Below, piece after piece: positions 6,983-13,944 of a DNA stretch of 14,375 bases (position 1 is the first letter of the stretch; the number at the start of each line of letters is the position of its first letter). The DNA is from a virus (taxonomy: Duplodnaviria; Heunggongvirae; Uroviricota; Caudoviricetes), in IMG/VR virus record IMGVR_UViG_2690316131_000006. One strand, 5' to 3'. The notes beneath the pieces are model-generated. The model did no database searches. It saw only the letters and a program-made list of their open reading frames with translations, and had not been told where the DNA came from. The position numbers and the translations under genes were made by a program.

Positions 6983-7087
6983 ATGTCGGATGATATTTCA
7001 CTGGCAATGGAAGGTGCTCTGGCTGTTATTGCTGTTGTGGGCGTTTACTGCCTGGTTGTGTTTTTGATGGATCGACTAGGGAACTGA
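6983..7087 (+). CDS. Small hydrophobic peptide, 34 aa (MSDDISLAMEGALAVIAVVGVYCLVVFLMDRLGN), predicted membrane
   Basis: AGGAGG 4 nt upstream of ATG; one transmembrane-like segment. Not in the ORF track. Confidence 0.45.
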   Translation: MSDDISLAMEGALAVIAVVGVYCLVVFLMDRLGN

Positions 7088-7219
7088 ATTCATTACGATA
7101 TGGGAATTCCCATATCGGGTAAAAACGGTTTGCGGTAAAGCGAGAGTTAAGTAGAATTGCTGCGGGTGCTTGAGGCTGTCTGCCTCGGGCATGCCACCGT
7201 AAGGCAGACAGAGAAAAGC

Positions 7220-7285
7220 CCCAGTTAACATTACGCGTCCTGCAAGACGCCTAACATTAATCTGAGGCCAATTTCATGCTAGACA
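7220..7285 (-). ncRNA. sok: Sok-like antisense RNA of the hok locus (approximate position)
   Basis: Minus-strand promoter-like TTGCCT-17 nt-TAACCT at about 7291..7319 pointing leftward into the hok leader; inferred from hok/sok architecture, ends not determined. Confidence 0.3.
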
Positions 7286-7332
7286 TATGTAGGTTAGCCT
7301 CTTACGCGCCGAAAGGCAAGGAGAAGCAGGCT

Positions 7333-7488
7333 ATGAAGCAGCAAAAGGCGATGTTAATCGCCCTGATCGTCATCTGTATCACCGTCATAGTGACGGCACT
7401 GGTAACGAGGAAAGACCTCTGCGAGGTACGAATCCGAACCGGCCAGACGGAGGTCGCTGTCTTCACAGCTTACGAACCTGAGGAGTAA
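7333..7488 (+). CDS. hok: Hok/Gef-family type I toxin, 51 aa
   Basis: MKQQKAMLIALIVICITVIVTALVTRKDLCEVRIRTGQTEVAVFTAYEPEE: transmembrane helix plus conserved C-terminal motif; AAGGAG Shine-Dalgarno; in-frame upstream ATG at 7276 could be a mok-like start; 3' stem-loops and terminator downstream. Confidence 0.9.
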   Translation: MKQQKAMLIALIVICITVIVTALVTRKDLCEVRIRTGQTEVAVFTAYEPEE

Positions 7489-7557
7489 GAGACCCGGCGA
7501 GGGAGAAATCCCTCGCCACCTCTGATGAATCAGGCATCCTCAACGCACCCGCACTTA

Positions 7558-7583
7558 ACCCGCTTCGGCGGGTTTTGTTTTTT
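7558..7583 (+). terminator. Intrinsic terminator of the hok transcript
   Basis: ACCCGC-ttcg-GCGGGT hairpin followed by TTTGTTTTTT. Confidence 0.7.
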
Positions 7584-7655
7584 CCTGGCATTCTGGTTTA
7601 CAATTCGCACGCCAGCCTGAACAACTGGCACCTGCTGCGCCAGCAGAGACAACCG

Positions 7656-7934
7656 ATGGCGCACGATACCAAATTATACAATTCTGATGATTCTGCCGTC
7701 TTTGCCAGCAGGCGCGGACGGTGTTTTCACGCATTCAAATCTGACTGGTACCAGCATCCCCCATGCACTGAAGAACAGGCCGAATGGCTCATTCAGTGTT
7801 ACCGCAGGCGCGGATGCGAGGTTAAAAAAGCCCTTAGCCTCGACTACCGTCACTGGATAATCTCCGTCAGGCTCCCTTACTCCGAACGGCCACCGCGTCC
7901 GTCCCGCACATTCCAGCAACGGATCTGGAGGTAA
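7656..7934 (+). CDS. Hypothetical nin-region protein, 92 aa
   Basis: Only in-frame ATG after the hok terminator; weak Shine-Dalgarno; stop adjacent to the next start. Confidence 0.45.
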   Translation: MAHDTKLYNSDDSAVFASRRGRCFHAFKSDWYQHPPCTEEQAEWLIQCYRRRGCEVKKALSLDYRHWIISVRLPYSERPPRPSRTFQQRIWR

Positions 7935-7935
7935 T

Positions 7936-8985
7936 GTGCGGGTATTACTTCGACCTGTTCTGGTACCGGAACTCGGTCTGGTTATCGTTAAGCCAGGCCG
8001 TGAATCAATGTCAGCATTCCATAACGGCAGAATACTGGTGGAGCCGGAACCAAAAAGCATGCGAGCTCTGCCGTCCGGGGTTGTACCTGCCGTTCACCAG
8101 CCGCTGGCGGAAGATAAATCACTACTGCCATTTTTCAGCGATGAGCGGGTGAGCCGTGCTGCGGGTGGCGCTGGTGCACTGTCTGACTGGTTATTACGTC
8201 ACGTGAAATCCTGCCAGTGGCTACACGGTGATTATCATCACAGCGAAACCGTCATTCACCGTTACGGTACCGGCGCAATGGTGTTGTGCTGGCACTGCGA
8301 CAACCAGCTGCGTGACCAGACATCCGAATCACTCGAGCAACTTGCTCATCAAAACCTGTCAGCATGGATGATTGACGTCATCGGTCACGCAATAAGCGGT
8401 ACGCAGGAGCGTGAATTATCTCTGGCTGAATTATCCTGGTGGGCGGTCCGCAATCAGGTGGCGGACGCGCTACCGGAAGCGGTATTACGTCGTTCGCTGG
8501 GGTTGCGTGCGGAAAAAATCCGCTCCATGTACCGTGAAAGCGACATCGTACCGGGAGAGCAGACCGCCACCAGCATACTGAAACAGCGCACAAAAAATCT
8601 TGCGCCGCTGCCTCACGCCCACCAGCAACAGAACCCACCACAGGAAAAGACGGTGGTCAGCATTGCCGTTGATCCTGAGTCTCCGGAATCTTTCATGAAA
8701 CGACCTAAACGTCGCCGCTGGGTTAACGAGAAATACACTCGCTGGGTGAAGACACAGCCGTGTGCGTGTTGTGGTAAGCCAGCCGACGATCCCCATCACC
8801 TGATTGGTCATGGTCAGGGCGGAATGGGGACAAAATCTCACGATATTTTCACGCTACCGCTGTGTCGGGAGCATCACAACGAGCTTCATGCGGATCCGCT
8901 GGCGTTCGAAGAAAAGCATGGTTCTCAGGTTGATTTAATTTTTCGTTTTCTTGATCACGCCTTTGCAACTGGCGTGCTTGGGTAA
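7936..8985 (+). CDS. DUF968/YdfU-like protein with C-terminal HNH-like zinc-binding motif
   Basis: GTG start 5 nt after GGAGG; C-terminus ...QPCACCGKPADDPHHLIGHGQG...LPLCREHHNELH has Cys pairs with His-His as in HNH nucleases. Confidence 0.65.
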   Translation: MRVLLRPVLVPELGLVIVKPGRESMSAFHNGRILVEPEPKSMRALPSGVVPAVHQPLAEDKSLLPFFSDERVSRAAGGAGALSDWLLRHVKSCQWLHGDYHHSETVIHRYGTGAMVLCWHCDNQLRDQTSESLEQLAHQNLSAWMIDVIGHAISGTQERELSLAELSWWAVRNQVADALPEAVLRRSLGLRAEKIRSMYRESDIVPGEQTATSILKQRTKNLAPLPHAHQQQNPPQEKTVVSIAVDPESPESFMKRPKRRRWVNEKYTRWVKTQPCACCGKPADDPHHLIGHGQGGMGTKSHDIFTLPLCREHHNELHADPLAFEEKHGSQVDLIFRFLDHAFATGVLG

Positions 8986-8997
8986 AAGAGGTGACTG

Positions 8998-9372
8998 ATG
9001 CTCATAGATTTGGTTTTACCTTACCCGCCGACGGTGAACACTTACTGGCGACGCCGTGGCAGCACATATTTTATCTCGGAGGAGGGAAAGCGTTATCGCC
9101 GGGCTGTGGCGCTTATTGTTCGCCAGCAGCGGCTGAAATTAAGCCTGTCCGGAAGGCTGGCGATAAAGATTATTGCCGAGCCACCGGATAAGCGCCGCCG
9201 TGACTTGGACAATATTCTGAAAGCGCCGCTGGATGCGCTGACGCATGCGGGGTTGCTAATGGACGATGAGCAGTTTGATGAAATCAATATCGTTCGTGCT
9301 CAGCCAGTATCTGGTGGACGTCTGGGGGTGAAGATTTACCCCATAATGCTTGAAGGGCAGGTCAAAAAATGA
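8998..9372 (+). CDS. rusA: RusA-family Holliday junction resolvase
   Basis: 124 aa; PPTVNTYWRRRG...DKRRRDLDNILKAPLDALTHAGLLMDDEQ matches the RusA pattern (…RRDLDN…DAL…DD…); AGAGG Shine-Dalgarno. Confidence 0.85.
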   Translation: MLIDLVLPYPPTVNTYWRRRGSTYFISEEGKRYRRAVALIVRQQRLKLSLSGRLAIKIIAEPPDKRRRDLDNILKAPLDALTHAGLLMDDEQFDEINIVRAQPVSGGRLGVKIYPIMLEGQVKK

Positions 9373-10190
9373 AACTGGAAGATTTACCGAAATACTACTC
9401 CCCAAAATCCCCCGGCCTGACTGATGCATCGGCCTCAACGTCGAAAGATACGCTGAGTATCACTGATGTGATGGCTGCGCAGGGCATGACACAGAATTGG
9501 GCTGAGATGGGGTTTTCTGCGTTCCTTGGGAAAATGGGCATTAGTATGAATGACAGAGAGCGGGCAACAGAATTGCTGACAGAATATGCACTCAGTCGGT
9601 GTGATCGCGTGGCGGCGTTAAGAAAACTCCCGGCAGAAATAAAACCGGCAGTGATGCGTATTATGGCTTCGTATGCGTTTGAAGATTATGCCCGTAGCGC
9701 GGCGAGCAAAAAACAGTGCCCCTGTTGTCACGGAAAAAAATTTATTGAAAGCGAGGTTTTTACAAACAAGATCCAGTATCCGGATGGTAAGCCGCCAGTG
9801 TGGGCAAAGTGCACAAAAGGCGTGTATCCGTCTTACTGGGAGGAATGGAAAAAAGTCAGGGAGGTGGTAAAAGTTGCCTGTCCGGAGTGTGGAGGGAAGG
9901 GGGAGGTTTCCACCGCCTGTAAAGATTGTCGTGGGCGCGGTGTTGCCATTCATCGTGAAGAGTCGGTAAAACGTGGTATGCCTGTTATCAGAGACTGCCA
10001 GCGTTGTGGTGGTCGTGGCTATGAAAGATTACCTTCAACGGAGGCATTTAATGCCATATGTAATGTAACCGATGCCATATCTCTTGATACATGGAAAAAA
10101 ACAGTTAAACGTTTTTACGATACGCTGGTGGTGCAGTTTGATATTGAAGAAGCATGGGCAGAACAACAACTGAAAAAGGTGACCAGATAG
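9369..10190 (+). CDS. Putative late-gene antiterminator (Q-like, QuuQ-type position) with four DnaJ-type CxxCxGxG zinc-finger repeats
   Basis: ATGA overlap with rusA; CPCCHGKK, CPECGGKG, CKDCRGRG, CQRCGGRG; immediately followed by a strong promoter and a terminator. Call is by position. Confidence 0.55.
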   Translation: MKLEDLPKYYSPKSPGLTDASASTSKDTLSITDVMAAQGMTQNWAEMGFSAFLGKMGISMNDRERATELLTEYALSRCDRVAALRKLPAEIKPAVMRIMASYAFEDYARSAASKKQCPCCHGKKFIESEVFTNKIQYPDGKPPVWAKCTKGVYPSYWEEWKKVREVVKVACPECGGKGEVSTACKDCRGRGVAIHREESVKRGMPVIRDCQRCGGRGYERLPSTEAFNAICNVTDAISLDTWKKTVKRFYDTLVVQFDIEEAWAEQQLKKVTR

Positions 10191-10192
10191 CT

Positions 10193-10223
10193 TTGTTGAT
10201 TTTTCCCGAATCTGTGGTAAAAT
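10193..10223 (+). promoter_or_regulatory. Late promoter (pR'-like) with extended -10 (TGgTAAAAT)
   Basis: TTGTTGA -35-like, about 17-18 nt spacer, TGgTAAAAT at 10215..10223, directly after the Q-like stop. Confidence 0.5.
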
Positions 10224-10270
10224 TGCCCTAACGATGGGCGTTTTATGCCTGACGTTAGAAGATTTTTTAC

Positions 10271-10294
10271 ACCCGTCGCCAGGCGGGTTTTTTT
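10271..10294 (+). terminator. tR'-like intrinsic terminator about 45-65 nt downstream of the late promoter
   Basis: ACCCG-tcgccagg-CGGGT hairpin followed by seven T. Confidence 0.55.
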
Positions 10295-10416
10295 ATGACT
10301 GAAATCACGCCAGTACAGTAAACGCGCTGGTGGTTGTGAATACCGGTCTTTCAGCTTGCTGGCTTTTTCGACAAGAGTTATTGGTATGTCACGTTAACCA
10401 GAAAAGGGAAAAAGAC

Positions 10417-10614
10417 ATGCTAAAACAGCAGGATATGACCGAAACCGCCAGAGTGGTGTTTAATGAATTAAGCGTCACCGAACCGGCGACCGTCGGGGAA
10501 ATTGCGCAGAATACTTACCTTTCACGCGAACGTTGCCAGTTAATACTGACCCAGCTTGTTATGGCGGGTCTGGCAGATTATCAGTTCGGTTGTTACAGAC
10601 GCCTTCCGCAGTGA
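10417..10614 (+). CDS. Small winged-helix-like protein, 65 aa
   Basis: ATG 10417 with AAGGG upstream; sequence ...TVGEIAQNTYLSRERCQLILTQLVMAGLADY; its 3' end overlaps a terminator hairpin. Confidence 0.45.
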   Translation: MLKQQDMTETARVVFNELSVTEPATVGEIAQNTYLSRERCQLILTQLVMAGLADYQFGCYRRLPQ

Positions 10615-10626
10615 AGGTTTTTTTTA
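10602..10626 (+). terminator. Intrinsic terminator
   Basis: CCTTC-cgcagt-GAAGG hairpin followed by nine T. Confidence 0.5.
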
Positions 10627-10765
10627 TTTGTGGTAATGGGCGGCTGGTGGGTGTTAGCGGCACCTGCCAGCCATCTGCTCATGCGTTGGGGTCACAAGCA
10701 AACCTCAGGCCCATCTGCTTTGCGCAAAAGCAGAACGAGCCTATCAGAGAAGTGCTTACTGATCT

Positions 10766-11791
10766 ATGGTCAATACTGTAAAAATATCCAGTTGTGAATT
10801 AATCAACGCTGATTGCCTGGAATTTATCCAGACCTTACCGGAAAACTCTGTCGATCTGATAGTCACAGACCCGCCATACTTTAAAGTGAAGCCCGAAGGC
10901 TGGGATAACCAGTGGAAGGGCGACGATGATTACCTGAAATGGCTGGACCAGTGTCTGGCGCAGTTCTGGCGGTTACTGAAGCCTGCCGGAAGTCTTTACC
11001 TGTTCTGTGGTCATCGCCTGGCATCTGATATCGAAATCATGATGCGCGAACGCTTTAACGTGCTGAACCATATCATCTGGGCGAAGCCGTCCGGACGCTG
11101 GAACGGGTGCAGTAAGGAAAGCCTGCGGGCGTATTTTCCCGCCACAGAGCGTATTCTGTTTGCTGAACATTATCAGGGGCCATACCAGCCAAAAAATGGC
11201 GGCTATGCGGCAAAGGAGCGCGAGCTTAAACAGCATGTGATGTCTCCGCTGATTTCTTACTTTCGTGATGCGCGTGAATCACTGGGGATAACGTCGAAAC
11301 AGATAGCGGAAGCCACCGGAAAGAAAAACATGGTGTCGCACTGGTTTGGTGCCCGCCAGTGGCAGTTACCGAACGAGGATGATTACAGAAAACTGCAGGC
11401 GTTGTTTGCGCGTGTTGCAGCAGAAAAACATCAACGCGGGGAACTGGAAAAGCCACACCACCAGCTGGTCAGCACATACAGTGAACTTAACCGGCAATAT
11501 GCCAGCCTGCTGGAGGAGTACAAATCTTTGCGGCGTTATTTTTCTGTATCGGCTGCTGTTCCGTATACGGATGTCTGGATGTATAAGCCTGTACAGTATT
11601 ATCCGGGCAAACACCCCTGTGAAAAACCGGCAGATATGTTGCGTCAGATAATAGAGGCCAGCAGTCGTCCGGGTGATTTGGTTGCCGACTTTTTTATGGG
11701 GTCAGGTTCCACGATAAAAGCCGCGCTTTCGCTTGGTCGTCGGGCAATAGGCGTTGTGAGCTTGAGGCTGAACGGTTTGAGCAGACGGTGA
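10766..11791 (+). CDS. DNA methyltransferase, beta-class amino-methyltransferase (N6-adenine or N4-cytosine)
   Basis: N-terminal motif IV DLIVTDPPYF and C-terminal motif I DLVADFFMGSGST (order IV then I); 341 aa; no adjacent restriction endonuclease seen. Confidence 0.85.
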   Translation: MVNTVKISSCELINADCLEFIQTLPENSVDLIVTDPPYFKVKPEGWDNQWKGDDDYLKWLDQCLAQFWRLLKPAGSLYLFCGHRLASDIEIMMRERFNVLNHIIWAKPSGRWNGCSKESLRAYFPATERILFAEHYQGPYQPKNGGYAAKERELKQHVMSPLISYFRDARESLGITSKQIAEATGKKNMVSHWFGARQWQLPNEDDYRKLQALFARVAAEKHQRGELEKPHHQLVSTYSELNRQYASLLEEYKSLRRYFSVSAAVPYTDVWMYKPVQYYPGKHPCEKPADMLRQIIEASSRPGDLVADFFMGSGSTIKAALSLGRRAIGVVSLRLNGLSRR

Positions 11792-11938
11792 GCGAGATAA
11801 GAGAAATTCTGACGTGTAAAGCTGTTGATTGATTAATTAATGCTTATTTTTTCATAAGTCTTGTTGCAATATATAAGTATGGGGTGTAAAGTTGTTCTCG
11901 AAAATAATCATGTTTTCTCACGAATCAGAGGGGGGATA

Positions 11939-12199
11939 ATGATTGAGGTTCGATGGACAAGGACAGCCCTGAAGCAGTTACTTCGTGTGGATACGCGGTA
12001 TCGGCAGGCGATAAAGGATAAGGTCGGTGCGCTAAAGGATTTTCCTCTGGTAGCCATGGATTTTAAAAAGCTATCAGGGAGTGACAATCGATTCCGTTTG
12101 AGGGTCGGCGTGTACAGGGTTATTTTTGATGTTGAGGATGGTGATCCTGTTGTCCTGGATATTAAGGAAATTAAGCGCAGAAGCACAACCACATACTAA
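11939..12199 (+). CDS. RelE/ParE-superfamily type II toxin (HigB-like, toxin-first order)
   Basis: 86 aa; ...NRFRLRVGVYRVIFDVEDGDPVVLDIKEIKRR typical of the RelE/ParE fold; GAGGGGGG Shine-Dalgarno. Confidence 0.8.
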   Translation: MIEVRWTRTALKQLLRVDTRYRQAIKDKVGALKDFPLVAMDFKKLSGSDNRFRLRVGVYRVIFDVEDGDPVVLDIKEIKRRSTTTY

Positions 12200-12259
12200 G
12201 GGAGGCTGGCGGGAGACCGCCAGTTTGCTGAACGACATTCAATCGCGAAAGGCAATGAT

Positions 12260-12634
12260 ATGAAAAACAGTGTCCAGTTTATTACTGATAATGCCGGTGT
12301 TAGAACCGGGGTCATTATGTCAGTTGCTGAATATGAACGGCTGTTAAGTCTGGCAGATCCTGATGATGATTTTGAAAGCATCCAGTATGAAGCCGGAGAG
12401 AATGACAATGAAACAATACCTCATGAAGTAGTATCCATCATGATTGATGATGATGTGTCATTGTTGGCAGCATGGCGGATTTACAGGCGAATGACTCAAC
12501 AGGAAGTGGCGGAGCGCCTGGGGGTTAAACAGTCAGCCGTATCTCAGTTTGAGAGAGCAGGAGCTCCGCGAAAATCAACACTGGAAAAACTGGCTGAGAT
12601 TTACAACTGCCGACCAAATCAGTTGGCTGATTAA
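12260..12634 (+). CDS. HigA-like antitoxin with C-terminal XRE helix-turn-helix
   Basis: 124 aa; ...MTQQEVAERLGVKQSAVSQFERAGAPRKSTLEKLAEIY; directly downstream of the toxin. Confidence 0.8.
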   Translation: MKNSVQFITDNAGVRTGVIMSVAEYERLLSLADPDDDFESIQYEAGENDNETIPHEVVSIMIDDDVSLLAAWRIYRRMTQQEVAERLGVKQSAVSQFERAGAPRKSTLEKLAEIYNCRPNQLAD

Positions 12635-12779
12635 TCCTGAGTTTGGTTTTCGTAGCGATTGCATTTTTCTTATCTGCTTGCCGTTGTAGGTAGCGTGTAT
12701 TTGCATGTTGTTTTGTAGTTAACCTTATGGTTGGCTGAATTTTGTTCATCAATAAAAAATATCCCTCTCTGATCTTTAA

Positions 12780-12805
12780 GGTTCGCTTTGGCGGACCTTT
12801 TTTTT
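12780..12805 (+). terminator. Intrinsic terminator
   Basis: GGTTCGC-tttg-GCGGACC (one G·U pair) followed by eight T. Confidence 0.55.
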
Positions 12806-12941
12806 ATTTCCGCGCCACGCCCGGCGTACATCAAAAACCACAGAGCCTTTCAGGGGTGAGCTTACGGGATGGTCAGTGTGACTTTCTCTGTGGGCTGGTC
12901 ACCCCCGGGCGCAGGCTCACCCACTAAAAGGAAAAGTCACG

Positions 12942-13373
12942 ATGTTTGGTATTTTCAAAAAGAAAACCCGCAGAGCAGCAACTGAAATTAAAAAGTTTGA
13001 GAAACGCGATCTGGCACAGGCGGTTATTAATGCTGCCTACCTGGTGGCCTATGCAGATGGTGAATGTGAGACTTCAGAGAAAGCGAAGATCGAACAGGTA
13101 TTACGTAACCAGCCAGCATTGTCCGCATTTACGTCAGAAATTAATGCCATCAGTGCCACGATCACAGGTCAGCTTGACACCAATTTTAAAATTGGTCGTC
13201 GTGCAGCGTTGCGTGAAATTGAAGATGTGAAACACGATACGCGTGAAGCGGAAGACGTGCTGGATGTGGCGGTGGCCATTGCTGAAGCAGATGGTGAAAT
13301 TGAGCCGGAAGAGCGTAAGGTTCTGGAAGAGATTGCTGGTGTTCTTGGCCTGCGACTGGAGAACCACCTGTGA
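12942..13373 (+). CDS. TerB-family (tellurite-resistance TerB-like) protein, 143 aa
   Basis: Two acidic ADGE motifs (AYADGECETSEKAKIEQ and AEADGEIEPEERKVLEEI) typical of TerB; AAAAGGAAAAG upstream of ATG. Confidence 0.75.
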   Translation: MFGIFKKKTRRAATEIKKFEKRDLAQAVINAAYLVAYADGECETSEKAKIEQVLRNQPALSAFTSEINAISATITGQLDTNFKIGRRAALREIEDVKHDTREAEDVLDVAVAIAEADGEIEPEERKVLEEIAGVLGLRLENHL

Positions 13374-13537
13374 CGGTAAAACTGCGTCTGGCCGCTGTGG
13401 CACTCCTGCTGTTTCTGGTGGTGATGGTGGATTTCACCAGCAGGATCATGTCGGTGCTGGCGGATGGAGTGCTGGTCTGCGGCATTGTGGTATTGCTGTG
13501 GCCGGTGATAAAAAGAAACAGCCTGCATAATGCTTGA
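13370..13537 (+). CDS. Possible small membrane protein, 55 aa, translationally coupled to the TerB-like gene
   Basis: GTG overlaps the TerB stop (GTGA); VTVKLRLAAVALLLFLVVMVDFTSRIMSVLADGVLVCGIVVLLWPVIKRNSLHNA has two hydrophobic segments. Not in the ORF track as such. Confidence 0.35.
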   Translation: MTVKLRLAAVALLLFLVVMVDFTSRIMSVLADGVLVCGIVVLLWPVIKRNSLHNA

Positions 13538-13704
13538 TTTTTTTGTTTGCTGTTTATTAAAAACACTTCTGCATGGTGAATCCCCCTGTGCGGTGGGGCA
13601 ATCAGCAAGAAGGAATATGGGGTAATCGCGGATTCAGGTGCTGATACTGAATTCACCGGGAGGCACCCGGCACCATGCAAGAAAAAGAATGTGCATGCAA
13701 ACAT

Positions 13705-13728
13705 GCCCCTCTCCGGAGGGGCTTTTTT
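13705..13728 (+). terminator. Intrinsic terminator
   Basis: Perfect GCCCCTC-tccg-GAGGGGC hairpin followed by six T. Confidence 0.65.
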
Positions 13729-13732
13729 ATGG

Positions 13733-13760
13733 GTAAAAAAATGCCCGAATGGGTTCGGGC
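13733..13760 (-). terminator. Convergent (minus-strand) terminator-like hairpin
   Basis: GCCCGAA-tggg-TTCGGGC, which on the minus strand is followed by TTTTTTT (13733..13739). Confidence 0.4.
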
Positions 13761-13944
13761 AATAGCATGAGATACTGATATTGTTGTGTTGTTATCGTGT
13801 GGATTTTAACCAGGGTTTATCAGGCTGCGCAACTGCGTGGCCTTTTTTCATTTCTTGGGCTGTAGTCCCCGTGTGTCATTCAGGCTTCCGGACTACAGCC
13901 CACTCCATATCTGATTTAATACACTATCCCGGCCGGGAGGAATA

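Noticed and set aside
7674-8841. ORF 7934..8152(+) and minus-strand ORFs 7674..8060, 8378..8641, 8485..8841
   Set aside because: Alternative frames within the unknown ORF and the DUF968-like gene; the GTG at 7936 has better Shine-Dalgarno spacing than the ATG at 7934.
8991-9953. ORFs 8991..9191(+), 9093..9287(-), 9256..9438(-), 9618..9953(-), 9673..9870(+)
   Set aside because: Overlap the RusA and Q-like genes in other frames or strands; no independent support.
10330-10781. Extended start at 10330 for the small winged-helix ORF, and ORF 10533..10781
   Set aside because: The 10330 extension would begin inside leader sequence; 10533..10781 runs through a terminator hairpin and the methyltransferase leader.
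10973-11651. ORFs 10973..11236(-), 11226..11456(-), 11346..11651(+), 11366..11614(-) inside the methyltransferase gene
   Set aside because: Antisense or alternative frames of a gene with clear catalytic motifs.
11861-12408. Upstream start at 11861 for the toxin, and minus-strand ORFs 11908..12192 and 12196..12408
   Set aside because: The ATG at 11939 directly follows the Shine-Dalgarno and gives a typical 86-aa RelE/ParE toxin; the minus-strand ORFs are antisense.
12525-13704. ORFs 12525..12752(-), 12742..12927(+), 12946..13230(+), 13134..13403(-), 13169..13528(-), 13186..13704(-), 13243..13530(+)
   Set aside because: They overlap the TerB-like gene, its structured leader or terminators; His/Arg/Ser-rich out-of-frame translations. 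Only the GTG 13370 frame coupled to TerB was kept, at low confidence.
13857-13901. The 12-bp inverted repeat as a tRNA or attachment site
   Set aside because: Arm and loop geometry (12-bp stem, 21-nt loop) does not fit a tRNA cloverleaf, and there is no flanking integrase or direct repeat in the window.
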